A stretch of DNA of 64,000 nucleotides from Bacilli bacterium (GTDB taxonomy: Bacteria > Bacillota_I > Bacilli_A > RFN20 > CAG-826): contig JBGVBY010000013.1 of the NCBI GenBank assembly GCA_045226015.1, forward strand, positions 28,908 through 92,907. The letters run 5' to 3'. Shown piece by piece: positions 46,769-56,505 of this stretch (position 1 is the stretch's first letter; each line of letters starts with the position of its first letter). The position numbers and the translations under genes are program-made. The notes beneath the pieces are model-generated. The model was given only the letters and a program-made list of their open reading frames with translations, was not told where the DNA came from and searched no databases.

Positions 46769-47032
46769 ATGTTGGAACTTACAAAATCACAAAAGGCTGA
46801 CATAGTCGCCTGGGCTCTCAACTTCGGTTGGAACGACTACTTCGATAGTTGTGTATGGGTACCACACCTACATAAGTACAAATACGTTTGTGCTCAAGCA
46901 GACCACACATACTACCTATCGCAAAAGCAACTCGCTCACGATTTCGATAACACATTCACAAGCGATGAACGTGAGCAATTCACATCAGATTACTTTAACT
47001 ACCAAAACGAACTTAAGAAAAGAGGAATTTAA
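46769..47032 (+). CDS. Small hypothetical protein
   Basis: AGGAGG RBS; aromatic-rich. Confidence 0.6.
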   Translation: MLELTKSQKADIVAWALNFGWNDYFDSCVWVPHLHKYKYVCAQADHTYYLSQKQLAHDFDNTFTSDEREQFTSDYFNYQNELKKRGI

Positions 47033-47034
47033 CA

Positions 47035-47427
47035 ATGTTAACCGCAAGACAAATTTTATTAACACTCAACGCCAAATTTAATGGAAATTGGGACAAAATC
47101 TATCACGCAATCGTAAATAAATGCGATGCACCTACTCAAGCAGACTATGATATGTACGCAAAAGATGGGAACTTTGACAATTTAATTACTATCATTGATA
47201 GTGATTATCCAGCAGCCAGGAGAAACACTTACAAGCCTGCATTCGTCATCAAGCGTGACGCTCTCACATATGGCGTGTTCTATCACTATGGTGATACAGG
47301 CGAAGAAGATTTATGTATGGTGTTCGCAACGGAAGCTGAAGCCAAATCTCAAGCTCGACTGTTCGACAATCACGTACCTAGCGACTGTGCAGAACAAGGC
47401 GATTATTATTACGCAAAGGCAATTTAG
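47035..47427 (+). CDS. Protein with N-terminus resembling DprA/Smf N-terminal region, no Rossmann core
   Basis: ILL.L..KF.GNWDKIY.AI....LITIIDSDYP......YKPAFVI. Confidence 0.55.
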   Translation: MLTARQILLTLNAKFNGNWDKIYHAIVNKCDAPTQADYDMYAKDGNFDNLITIIDSDYPAARRNTYKPAFVIKRDALTYGVFYHYGDTGEEDLCMVFATEAEAKSQARLFDNHVPSDCAEQGDYYYAKAI

Positions 47428-47436
47428 GAGACAAAT

Positions 47437-47568
47437 ATGGAACGATTAACTATTCGAGAACAACTCAAATTCTACATCCAGTGGTGTTTAGACAACCACT
47501 TGGAACCACAAAATGCGCATAACTTGGTCGCATACATCCAAGAAATACGCTTGAGCACTCAAGCATAG
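47437..47568 (+). CDS. Small hypothetical protein (43 aa, not in ORF track)
   Basis: AGGAG RBS; MERLTIREQLKFYIQWCLDNHLEPQNAHNLVAYIQEIRLSTQA. Confidence 0.5.
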   Translation: MERLTIREQLKFYIQWCLDNHLEPQNAHNLVAYIQEIRLSTQA

Positions 47569-47579
47569 GAGACACACAT

Positions 47580-47828
47580 ATGACACGCTATTACATTATT
47601 GACCTCATCGCAGAGGATGAAGATGAATACATCTGGGAAACAGATGAAAATGACTTTTATGACCAAATGGAAGATAACTACCAAATTGCCAATGATGAAG
47701 GCGATAGAGTGCCTGACCACGAGCAAATGATGAAGGCATACGCTAGCGAAGGAAATCACGAAGAGGCGTTCAACGCATTTAGTTTCCTCAAGTTAACGGA
47801 TATGACACCTCAAGAGTGGGGTTATTGA
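47580..47828 (+). CDS. Very acidic small protein (23 D/E, 4 K/R in 82 aa)
   Basis: AGGAG RBS; composition counted from translation. Confidence 0.6.
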   Translation: MTRYYIIDLIAEDEDEYIWETDENDFYDQMEDNYQIANDEGDRVPDHEQMMKAYASEGNHEEAFNAFSFLKLTDMTPQEWGY

Positions 47829-47870
47829 TATACACAAGTATATACGTAAGTAGTATGTGCTTAAGCAGAG

Positions 47871-47899
47871 GCGATCGATTAAATTCGGTTGCTTTTTTT
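47871..47899 (+). terminator. Terminator of the accessory cassette
   Basis: GCGATCGA-TTAAAT-TCGGTTGC stem (G-U pairs) followed by T7. Confidence 0.7.
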
Positions 47900-47953
47900 A
47901 TTGAAATCGACCAATTTTCGCTCATTTTTAGCCCACAGGCACTTGAAAACAAT

Positions 47954-47978
47954 AAAAAACCCAGATATAATCTGGGTT
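47954..47978 (-). terminator. Phage-supplied terminator downstream of tRNA-Gly
   Basis: AACCCAGAT-ATA-ATCTGGGTT hairpin with U-tract on minus strand, 10 nt past the CCA end. Confidence 0.7.
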
Positions 47979-47987
47979 AGTGTTTAG

Positions 47988-48004
47988 ATGGAGCAGGCGA
48001 CGGG
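47988..48004 (-). repeat. att core within tRNA-Gly 3' end
   Basis: Matches 776-792 at 16/17 positions. Confidence 0.9.
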
Positions 48005-48062
48005 AATCGAACCCGCGTAATCAGCTTGGAAGGCTGATGCTCTACCATTAAACTACACCTGC
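47989..48062 (-). tRNA. tRNA-Gly (TCC)
   Basis: 74 nt cloverleaf GCAGGTG...TCAGC-CTTCCAA-GCTGA...GGTTCGATTCC..CGCCTGC-TCCA with encoded CCA. Confidence 0.97.
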
Positions 48063-48112
48063 ATATTTCAGCGAATGTTATTTTATAACACTCGCCTATA
48101 AATTATCAAATA

Positions 48113-48418
48113 TTATTTCTTACAAAATGCAATTAGTTGATCTTTTCTTTGATAACCCATGGTTTTGTTAACAACTTTACCACCGGAAATAAAGAATAAG
48201 GTTGGAATAGCTTGAACCCCATATTCCATAGCGAGTTCAGGAGCTTCATCAGTGTCAACTTTAACAATTTGAACAGGGAAGCCATCTCTATCAAGTTCTT
48301 CTAAGACAGGTGAAAGCATCTTACATGGTCCGCACCAGGTAGCAAAGAAATCGAGTAAGACGTCTCCACTTTTGATGAGTTCTAATAACTCTTCTTTATT
48401 TTCAACGTGTTTAATCAT
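48113..48418 (-). CDS. trxA: Thioredoxin
   Basis: DFFATWCGPCKM active site. Confidence 0.95.
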   Translation of the reverse strand: MIKHVENKEELLELIKSGDVLLDFFATWCGPCKMLSPVLEELDRDGFPVQIVKVDTDEAPELAMEYGVQAIPTLFFISGGKVVNKTMGYQRKDQLIAFCKK

Positions 48419-48419
48419 T

Positions 48420-49328
48420 TTATAGTCCTCCGGTTAATGATACATAGATGATAGCGAGTATCACTATGTGAAGTGGATAATATAGATAGCAGCTATATTT
48501 AAACCACGCTTTATTATATCCACGTTTTCCGTTATAGAGCAAAAGAAACGCTCCAGAAAGTATTGCCATGAGTTGGATAGAAGCAACTCTAACATTTATA
48601 AACGCTCCATTAGGCCATAAATACCAACAAGCATAATAAACAAACCCAGAAACGACTAATGAACAGGCAGCGATAATGTTAACAAGGATTTGGTAATTGT
48701 TATCCATAATCCAAATTTCTTTATCCATTCCAGTTTTACTTTCGGTGTATTTGATATAGAGATCCGCTAGTGTGCGAGCGTAATAGAATCCTACACCTAA
48801 TAAAATAGCAAACCAGTCATACCTCATTGTTAAGAAGCACGGGAACCAATATATCTGAATAGTAGTGGATGTTTCTATACCTTTAACCACAAAAGAAGTA
48901 ATAGATAAAGTTAACGATAGTAGGATAACTAATAACTTGCGTTTATCCTCTTGTCTTAATGCCCAAATAACTATAGAGCACATAAGTAAGTCTAAGAAGG
49001 CATTTCCACTTCTAAGTAGACTTACCGCGTATCTACGCAATGACGAATATTCAAGTACGATGTATACAATAGAAATCGCTAGGGCAAATATTGATAACCT
49101 TAATGCGTATTTTTTATAGCTTCTCGTATATATAACTCCTTCAACAATCATAAAGATGAATAAAGGGAGAGATAGTCTACCAATCATTCTAAAATATTCA
49201 GATAGTTGAAGTAGTTTTAAATCGCCATCAGAAGTCATTTCTAAAAGTAGACCTACGTGATCTATGGTCATTGTGATTAGAGCGATAATTTTCAGCCAAA
49301 ACGAAGATAAAATGTTAAATCTCTTCAT
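48420..49328 (-). CDS. TraX-family membrane protein
   Basis: LKIIALITMTIDH, GRLSLPLFIFMIVEG, YNGKRG, Y.YYPLH motifs. Confidence 0.8.
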   Translation of the reverse strand: MKRFNILSSFWLKIIALITMTIDHVGLLLEMTSDGDLKLLQLSEYFRMIGRLSLPLFIFMIVEGVIYTRSYKKYALRLSIFALAISIVYIVLEYSSLRRYAVSLLRSGNAFLDLLMCSIVIWALRQEDKRKLLVILLSLTLSITSFVVKGIETSTTIQIYWFPCFLTMRYDWFAILLGVGFYYARTLADLYIKYTESKTGMDKEIWIMDNNYQILVNIIAACSLVVSGFVYYACWYLWPNGAFINVRVASIQLMAILSGAFLLLYNGKRGYNKAWFKYSCYLYYPLHIVILAIIYVSLTGGL

Positions 49329-49331
49329 ATT

Positions 49332-50081
49332 TTACCTTAAATAAAATGGAGTGATTGAAGTAATAACAACGAATAAATTGTTAGTGATATGAGCGCTCAT
49401 GGAACCAACAAAACCAAGTTTATAATACGCAAAAGTAAGCATAAATCCGCTTGCTAAATATGCTGGCAAATTGATGAATTCGTCAGCGATATGTGCGGAA
49501 GAAATGTCAAAGTGAGCAAAGGCAAAAACAACCGTAGTAAGAGCGAATGCTAGATATTTATTCACCTTATTTAATAAAGAGAAAATTCCTACTCTATATG
49601 TAAGCTCCTCACATATTGGACCAGCCATTCCAATTATAAAGATAGATGCTACTGGATATGTGTTAATAATGTTTTGAGCAGCCAACTCATTTTCATTAAT
49701 ATTAAATTGATAAAATAGGTTAACTATACCAGTGTATGTCATAGTAACACCCAAGATTGCAAAACCCATCAAACCACCATAGATATAAGACTGATATTTT
49801 TTGAAGTCGTTCTTTGATTTAGGAATATCAAAAGCAGCGATGGTAAACATGACTGCAAATAAGATTGAATATGTGATTAAAACTGTTTTTGCATTGTCTT
49901 CTTGCTGGTTAATAAAATAGACAATTAAAGCTGCGATAAGAGAAATAATCATCAAACCAGCTGTGCCAAAAGAAGCAAAGAACACCTTCTTCCATATAGG
50001 AGCTTGGTACGCGTTCTGTGTGTTTAATACTTGTTCGCTTTGTTCGTCTTTATTAACGAAACTTTCATCTTTATTTAACAT
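49332..50081 (-). CDS. CPBP (CAAX/Abi) intramembrane metalloprotease
   Basis: GPICEELTYR, FAFAH, AHITNN motifs. Confidence 0.85.
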   Translation of the reverse strand: MLNKDESFVNKDEQSEQVLNTQNAYQAPIWKKVFFASFGTAGLMIISLIAALIVYFINQQEDNAKTVLITYSILFAVMFTIAAFDIPKSKNDFKKYQSYIYGGLMGFAILGVTMTYTGIVNLFYQFNINENELAAQNIINTYPVASIFIIGMAGPICEELTYRVGIFSLLNKVNKYLAFALTTVVFAFAHFDISSAHIADEFINLPAYLASGFMLTFAYYKLGFVGSMSAHITNNLFVVITSITPFYLR

Positions 50082-50149
50082 TGTCTTTATTTTCCGTAAG
50101 AAAAATAATACACTAAAAACAAGATTATTGATAGTCTTAAAGCCGTACT

Positions 50150-50533
50150 ATGAACGAATTTACAGTCAGAGAAGAAGTTTTTGAACTAACAGAAATGATG
50201 AAGTCAAAATTTACTGCCTTTATCATTCCGTGTAAATCAGTCGATGACTTTAAAGTTAGACACGAGCAAATTCGTAAAGCTAATCCAAAGGCAAAACATG
50301 TTGTTTATGCCTATAGGATTGGAACAAATAGTAAATCTACTGACGATCAAGAACCTAAAGGTACAGCAGGTAGACCTCTACTCGAACTTCTTACTAAGAA
50401 GAACATGAACAACACTGCGATTATCGTAGTGAGATATTATGGAGGAGTTCAACTCGGTGCTGGAAGGTTACTTAGAACATACGTCAATAGTGCGGTGAAC
50501 GCTTTTAATAAGGCTGAATTAATTGAGTTATAG
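50150..50533 (+). CDS. YigZ/IMPACT family protein (N-terminal domain)
   Basis: KSKF, H..YAYR, DDQEPKGTAG.P, VVRYYGGVQLGAGRLLRTY. Confidence 0.9.
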   Translation: MNEFTVREEVFELTEMMKSKFTAFIIPCKSVDDFKVRHEQIRKANPKAKHVVYAYRIGTNSKSTDDQEPKGTAGRPLLELLTKKNMNNTAIIVVRYYGGVQLGAGRLLRTYVNSAVNAFNKAELIEL

Positions 50534-50543
50534 GAGATAAATT

Positions 50544-51362
50544 ATGGCAAGTTGTGATCATAACTGTGAGAGTTGTTCTCAAAACGGAAATTGCTCTTCA
50601 CAAATCGAAAAAGCAAAAATGAATGATCGTAGTCACGTTAAAAAGGTGGTCGCGGTTCTTTCTGGTAAAGGTGGAGTTGGTAAATCATTTATTACCTCTT
50701 ATCTTGCTGTTTCTTTGAGAAGAAAAGGATATAAAGTTGGTGTTTTAGACGCGGATGTTACTGGTCCTAGTATTCCTAAAGCTTTTGGAATCAAAGAAAA
50801 AGCGATGGGGGATGAAGGACTTATTTACCCAATCGACACCAGAAGTGGAATCAAAATCATGTCTGCTAACTGTTTACTTGAAGATGACAGTGAACCAATT
50901 ATTTGGAGAGGTGTCCTTTTAGGAAACTTAGTTAAACAATTCTATGAAGATGTCCTTTGGGAAGAGCTTGACTACTTATTGATTGATATGCCACCAGGAA
51001 CTGGTGATATTGCGTTAACAACTTTCCAAATGATTCCTATCGATGATTTAATCATCGTTACATCTCCTCAAGACCTTGTTTCTTTAGTAGTTACTAAAGC
51101 TATCAAGATGGCGAGAATGATGAACATTAATGTTCTTGGAGTTGTGGAGAACATGTCATATTTAAAATGTCCAAAGTGTGAAGAAAAGATCCCTGTCTTT
51201 GGAGAATCACACTTAGATGAATTTGCAAAGAAGATGGATTTCAAAGTTATTGGTAAACTTCCAATTGTCTCTAATAACGCTACTAAAGTAGATAATGGAG
51301 AAATTGAAAGCGTTGATATCCCAGAATTTGAATCCATTACTAAGGCAGTGATAGGAGAATAA
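50544..51362 (+). CDS. mrp: Mrp/NBP35 (ApbC) Fe-S cluster carrier ATPase
   Basis: N-terminal Cys cluster, SGKGGVGKS, DADVTGPS, DMPPGTGD, ENMS..CP.C. Confidence 0.9.
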   Translation: MASCDHNCESCSQNGNCSSQIEKAKMNDRSHVKKVVAVLSGKGGVGKSFITSYLAVSLRRKGYKVGVLDADVTGPSIPKAFGIKEKAMGDEGLIYPIDTRSGIKIMSANCLLEDDSEPIIWRGVLLGNLVKQFYEDVLWEELDYLLIDMPPGTGDIALTTFQMIPIDDLIIVTSPQDLVSLVVTKAIKMARMMNINVLGVVENMSYLKCPKCEEKIPVFGESHLDEFAKKMDFKVIGKLPIVSNNATKVDNGEIESVDIPEFESITKAVIGE

Positions 51363-51364
51363 TT

Positions 51365-52627
51365 ATGGAAGAATTTTCTAATAGAAGAGCAAAATTATTT
51401 GAATCTATACCAACTAATTCTGTGGTATTAGTTTTTTCTGGTGTTTCTAAGATTAGAAGCGAAGATAGTTTTTATCCATTCTTCTCCAATCGTAACTTCT
51501 TTTACCTCACTGGAATTAATCAAGAAGGTTCTATTTTGATGCTTGTTAAATGCGCTGGAGAGAAAAAGACTTATCTTTTCCTTCAAGAGCACAACGAACT
51601 CAAAGAACGTTGGACCGGAAAAAGAATAAGCTATGAAGATGCAAGAGTTATTTCTAATATCGATAACGTTTATAGTATTGAGACATTTAACTCTATGCTC
51701 GAAATGGCGTTAGCCAAAGACAATAACATCTATGGCAAGATTGAGAACTTATTCCTCGATTTATCTGATGAAATTAAAATCAAGACGAACTGCTCTACTC
51801 AAACATATTCAAAAGAACTTGAGAGCAGTTACCCACACTTAAATATTCAAAATATTTATCCATATATTGTTGAACTCAGAATGGTGAAATCACCATATGA
51901 AATCAGTCAACTTGAAGATGCGATTAATGCGACTAGTAGTGGTATTAATGACTTACTTTTACATTTAGAAGTTGGTATGAGTGAACACGAACTCAGTGAT
52001 CGCTTTGAATATTATGGAAGAACTCATAACCGCAAAGAACTCGCTTTTGAAACTATATGTGCAGTTGGTAAAGATGCGACAATTATGCATCATCCAATAT
52101 GTCAACAAACCGGAGTTATTGGTCGCAACGACTTAATCCTCTTTGACTTAGGTTATCAAACTAATGGTTATAATGCGGATATTTCTCGTACTTATCCAAT
52201 AAGTGGAGAATTTAATGATTTCCAAAGGAAAGTATATGAAGCTGTTTTAAATTGTAACAAGCTCATCATTAACACCGCTAAACCTGGGTTAAAGATCAAT
52301 GACTTACAAGAATTAACCCTTAAGACTCTTAAGAGTGAATGCCTTAGACTTGGACTTCTCAAGGAAGAAGATGATATCAAGAAATATTATATTCATAATG
52401 TTTCTCACTTCTTAGGACTCGACACTCATGACGTTGGTAATCGTGAAAGGCTCCTAGAGGCAGGAAATGTAATCACTGTTGAACCAGGATTATATTTTGT
52501 TGATGAAGGAGTTGGAGTAAGAATTGAAGACGATGTCTTAATCACTGAAACTGGCGCTAGATGTTTATCTAAAGGCATCAAAAAAGAGATTAATGATATC
52601 GAGAGAATGATGAAGACTCGTAGATAA
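51365..52627 (+). CDS. pepP: Xaa-Pro aminopeptidase (M24B)
   Basis: NFFYLTG, D.G....GY.ADISRT.P, H..SHFLGLDTHDVG, TVEPGLY, GVRIEDD. Confidence 0.9.
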   Translation: MEEFSNRRAKLFESIPTNSVVLVFSGVSKIRSEDSFYPFFSNRNFFYLTGINQEGSILMLVKCAGEKKTYLFLQEHNELKERWTGKRISYEDARVISNIDNVYSIETFNSMLEMALAKDNNIYGKIENLFLDLSDEIKIKTNCSTQTYSKELESSYPHLNIQNIYPYIVELRMVKSPYEISQLEDAINATSSGINDLLLHLEVGMSEHELSDRFEYYGRTHNRKELAFETICAVGKDATIMHHPICQQTGVIGRNDLILFDLGYQTNGYNADISRTYPISGEFNDFQRKVYEAVLNCNKLIINTAKPGLKINDLQELTLKTLKSECLRLGLLKEEDDIKKYYIHNVSHFLGLDTHDVGNRERLLEAGNVITVEPGLYFVDEGVGVRIEDDVLITETGARCLSKGIKKEINDIERMMKTRR

Positions 52628-52638
52628 CGGAGAAGAGA

Positions 52639-54114
52639 ATGGAAAAATATATTTTGTCAATCGATCAAGGCACAACTTCTACTAGAGCCACTCTTATTAA
52701 TAAGAAGGGTGAAGTTGTGAACATGACTCAAGAAGAAGTGGTGTGTTTATTTCCTCATTCTGGTTGGGTAGAAACAGACGCTTTAAACATCTGGGTCAGT
52801 GTTATTAACGTTGTTAATGAACTTTTAGTTAAACAAAACATTACTTGGGACAGCATCGATTCCATTGGAATCACTAACCAAAGAGAAACCGCGGTTGTCT
52901 GGGATAAAAAGACAGGTATGCCTATATGTAACGCCATTGTGTGGCAATCACGTCAATCCGCGGATATATGTGATCGATACGAAGACAAAAAAGAATTTAT
53001 CCATAAGAAAACTGGTTTATTAATAAACCCATACTTCTCTGCTTCTAAAATAAGATTTATCTTAGAGAACAATAAAGACGCTCAAGAAAGAGCAGAAAAA
53101 GGTGAACTCCTATTTGGTACGATTGATTCATGGATTATTTTCCGTATGACCAAAGGCAAAGTTCACGCTACTGATGCATCTAACGCTAGTAGAACAATGC
53201 TATTAAACATTGAAACCCTTAAATGGGATGAAGAATTATGTAAGTTATTCAACGTTCCAATGAAGATGCTACCTAAGGTACTCCCATCTTCTTATGACTA
53301 TGGAGCTGCGACTTTCTTTAACAAAGACGTTCATATTCATGGAGTCGCTGGAGATCAACAAAGCGCATTATTTGGACAAGCATGTTTTGAAGATGGCGAA
53401 AGTAAAAACACTTATGGCACTGGATGCTTCATGCTTATGAATATTGGAGATAGACTTACTTTCTCAGAAAGCGGATTATTAACAACGGTTGCTTGGAAAG
53501 TTGGTAATAAAGTTACCTATGCTTTAGAAGGTTCGGTATTTATTGGAGGAGCGGTTGTTCAATGGTTAAGAGATAAAATGAAACTCTTAGTCCATTCTAG
53601 TGATAGTGAAGCTCTTGCTTTAGATTGTCGAGACACTCACGGAGTGTATATTGTTCCTGCCTTTGTTGGCTTAGGAACACCTTATTGGGATGATGATGCG
53701 CGTGGAGCGGTGTTTGGTTTAACAAGAAACACTGATAATCGTCACTTCGTTAGAGCAGCCTTAGAGTCAATCGCCTATCAATGTAAAGATGTCTTTGAAG
53801 TGATGAAGAAAGAAACCGGTTTATCTATCTCAACTTTAAAAGTTGATGGAGGAGCAACCGCAAATAATTTCTTGATGCAATTCCAAGCCGATATCTTAAA
53901 CACTAAAATTGATTTACCAGAATGTTTACAAACTACTGCTTTAGGTGCTGCATTTTTAGCAGGCTTATCTAGCGGTTATTATAAAAATCTTGATCACATT
54001 AAGAGCATTCATCACTGTCAAAAACTCTTTGAACCAAAGATGAAAGAAGAAGAATCAAAGAAACTTTATGACGGTTGGAAAAAGGCTGTTGAAGTGACAA
54101 GAATGTTTAAATAA
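52639..54114 (+). CDS. glpK: Glycerol kinase
   Basis: DQGTTSTRA, GITNQRET, GDQQSALFG, KNTYGTGCF, YALEGS, GAPY-like GTPYWD. Confidence 0.95.
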   Translation: MEKYILSIDQGTTSTRATLINKKGEVVNMTQEEVVCLFPHSGWVETDALNIWVSVINVVNELLVKQNITWDSIDSIGITNQRETAVVWDKKTGMPICNAIVWQSRQSADICDRYEDKKEFIHKKTGLLINPYFSASKIRFILENNKDAQERAEKGELLFGTIDSWIIFRMTKGKVHATDASNASRTMLLNIETLKWDEELCKLFNVPMKMLPKVLPSSYDYGAATFFNKDVHIHGVAGDQQSALFGQACFEDGESKNTYGTGCFMLMNIGDRLTFSESGLLTTVAWKVGNKVTYALEGSVFIGGAVVQWLRDKMKLLVHSSDSEALALDCRDTHGVYIVPAFVGLGTPYWDDDARGAVFGLTRNTDNRHFVRAALESIAYQCKDVFEVMKKETGLSISTLKVDGGATANNFLMQFQADILNTKIDLPECLQTTALGAAFLAGLSSGYYKNLDHIKSIHHCQKLFEPKMKEEESKKLYDGWKKAVEVTRMFK

Positions 54115-54201
54115 ATAAACGAAATAATTTAAAGAAAAATAACAAATAGGGATAATATCCCTATTTGATTTTTTATACTCTTTAGTAATATAATATTTGA
54201 T

Positions 54202-56505
54202 ATGAAATACGTTTTAGCACCTCATTCATATCACTTGTCTTTACTCACCTATTTAAGGAAAGATGATCCTTTTTTAGATTTGAAATTATTCTCTAAAGAA
54301 GAACTCAATAAATATGTCCATTATAGTGTTAGTGAAGAAGCTTTAATTTATCTTATTAAAAAGTATCATTACACATATGAAGAGGCCAAAGCATATATTG
54401 AGGACCTTGTTTATGTTAATGAAGGAACTGATAATAAGACCAAGTTCCTCTTATCCTTAAAAAATGAACTTTTAGATAACAATTTATTGATAGCTCCAAT
54501 AGGGTTCACTAAGAAGAGCGATGAGATTGATATCTATGGTTATAGTGACCAAGATTCTGAACTTTTATTTATTTTAAAGTCCTTAGGATTAACACCAAAT
54601 TATATATCTAATAACGCAATTAATAAGGAAGAGACAATCAATTACTTTGAACGTATCGAAGAGGAAACATATTTTGTTCTAAACGAGATAGCAGCCTTAT
54701 TAGATAAAGGTATATCTATTAAAGATATTTATATCTTAAACAGGAACAAAGAATACAATTACTATTTGAATAAATTTGCACCTAGATTTGGATACAAACT
54801 CAACATTAATAGTGGCGCGAACTTTTATTCTTTAGGGGCTGTTAAAGAATTCTTAAAGATTTATAAAAGTAGTAGTGACTTAGCAGAATCGTTAGAAGCT
54901 CTTAAAGAATTGCTAAAGGATGATCCTCTATATTTAGATATTGAGGGAATTGTTCGTGATTCTTCTATTAGTGAGTTTTCTTTTGAAGAGCAACTTGATT
55001 ACCTTGTTAATAAGTTTAAAGAAAAAGAAGTTCCTATTAAGAAATTTGATAATGCGGTTAAAGTGATTAATAACCCGACGTTCTTAATGGGAAAATATGT
55101 TTTTGTCATTGGCTTTGCTCAAGGAGTTTATCCTCGTTCATATAAGGATGATAGATTCTTAAATAATTTTGAACTATCATCAATAAATAGGTTAAACGCG
55201 AAAGATAAAACAAAGCTTGATGATTCTCAATTAAATGTCTTCTTCAATAGTGATAATTCCTTTGTATTTACCTTCTCAAATCATAGTCTAACCTCTAACT
55301 ATTATCCTTCTCCGATTGCTAAAAGAAGAGAGATGACAGAGGCAAAGCCAAAACTAGCAGATTTTTTCTATTCTGATGACGTAATTAAGCTCATTTATTC
55401 TGACTTAAAAGACCTCAACCATTTCTATAAAGAAGAGCCTGAAAACTATAAAAAACTTAATGGAGTAGTAGATGTCAATTACAATAGCTACTCTAACTCT
55501 TATCAATATAAAGCAAGAGTGTTCGATCACTCCTCTAAAATTAAGCTCTCAACTTCCTCACTTGAACTTTGTTCGATTTGTCCATTTAAATATTATCTTG
55601 ACCGCGTTCTTAAAGTAGATGAAGACGATGAAACTTACTTTATTGATGTTGGTAATCTCGCTCATCATTTGTTTGAACATATGAGAGAAGAAAATTTTGA
55701 TTTTGACAGAGATTTTGATGAAAATACAAAAGATTTAACGTTAAAACCAAGTCAAAAGTATATTTTAAATCACAACATCAGAGGTCAGATTAAAACTGCG
55801 ATTGATGCGATTAAGAAAAGAGAACATTATTATCTAAACCCGACTATCTATAACGAGTTACGAGTTAAATATAATATTGATAATAATACTTTTATTGATG
55901 GAGTGATAGATAACTTAGTAACTATTGATAAAACTCACTTCATCTGTGTGGATTATAAAACTGGAAACACCAAGTTTGATGACTCTAAATTAAAGTATGG
56001 TTTATCCACTCAATTACCTACCTATTCATTGCTTGTTTCTAGCGATGAAAGATTTAAAGATTTATCTATCGCTGGATTATATATCAATAACGTCTTAACC
56101 ACCAAGATTCAGATTGAGCAAAAAGAGGACGAATTAATCCCAAGCTACCTTAAACTTAACGGCAAGACAATCGCTGATTTAGATACCGCTATTAAACTAG
56201 ATTCAACCTTAGGAGATTCTAAGAGTTCTTTTATCAATGGACTCACGGTTAAAAAAGATGGATGTAGTTTAAGAGATTCATCAAGTTTAGTGAGTAAAGA
56301 AACATTTGATGAATATAAAACCATTACCTTAAATTTGTTTAAAGAGATGAATAACAACCTTCGTAATAATAACTTTGATATTCATCCATATTATAAAAAT
56401 GAAAGAGATAATGGCTGCCAATATTGCCCATATAAAGACATATGTTATGTTAGAAAAGACCAATTTAAGTTGATTGATCAAGAGGACAAAGAAGACGATG
56501 AGTAA
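54202..56505 (+). CDS. AddB-like subunit with PD-(D/E)xK nuclease and Fe-S Cys motifs
   Basis: CPFKYY, G..AH, GVID....VDYKTG, Q...Y, C.YCPYKDIC; overlaps addA. Confidence 0.75.
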   Translation: MKYVLAPHSYHLSLLTYLRKDDPFLDLKLFSKEELNKYVHYSVSEEALIYLIKKYHYTYEEAKAYIEDLVYVNEGTDNKTKFLLSLKNELLDNNLLIAPIGFTKKSDEIDIYGYSDQDSELLFILKSLGLTPNYISNNAINKEETINYFERIEEETYFVLNEIAALLDKGISIKDIYILNRNKEYNYYLNKFAPRFGYKLNINSGANFYSLGAVKEFLKIYKSSSDLAESLEALKELLKDDPLYLDIEGIVRDSSISEFSFEEQLDYLVNKFKEKEVPIKKFDNAVKVINNPTFLMGKYVFVIGFAQGVYPRSYKDDRFLNNFELSSINRLNAKDKTKLDDSQLNVFFNSDNSFVFTFSNHSLTSNYYPSPIAKRREMTEAKPKLADFFYSDDVIKLIYSDLKDLNHFYKEEPENYKKLNGVVDVNYNSYSNSYQYKARVFDHSSKIKLSTSSLELCSICPFKYYLDRVLKVDEDDETYFIDVGNLAHHLFEHMREENFDFDRDFDENTKDLTLKPSQKYILNHNIRGQIKTAIDAIKKREHYYLNPTIYNELRVKYNIDNNTFIDGVIDNLVTIDKTHFICVDYKTGNTKFDDSKLKYGLSTQLPTYSLLVSSDERFKDLSIAGLYINNVLTTKIQIEQKEDELIPSYLKLNGKTIADLDTAIKLDSTLGDSKSSFINGLTVKKDGCSLRDSSSLVSKETFDEYKTITLNLFKEMNNNLRNNNFDIHPYYKNERDNGCQYCPYKDICYVRKDQFKLIDQEDKEDDE

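Larger units (their letters stand above)
776..48004. mobile_element. Temperate prophage (~47.2 kb), podovirus-like morphogenesis, carrying a DGR
   Basis: Bounded by direct repeat of tRNA 3' end; contains integrase, repressor, recombination/replication, terminase, portal, capsid and tail genes; host genes resume on both sides. Confidence 0.95.

Noticed and set aside
48420-49328. TraX as sign of a conjugative element
   Set aside because: No other transfer genes; TraX-family acyltransferase-like genes are common stand-alone chromosomal genes, and this one lies outside the att repeats
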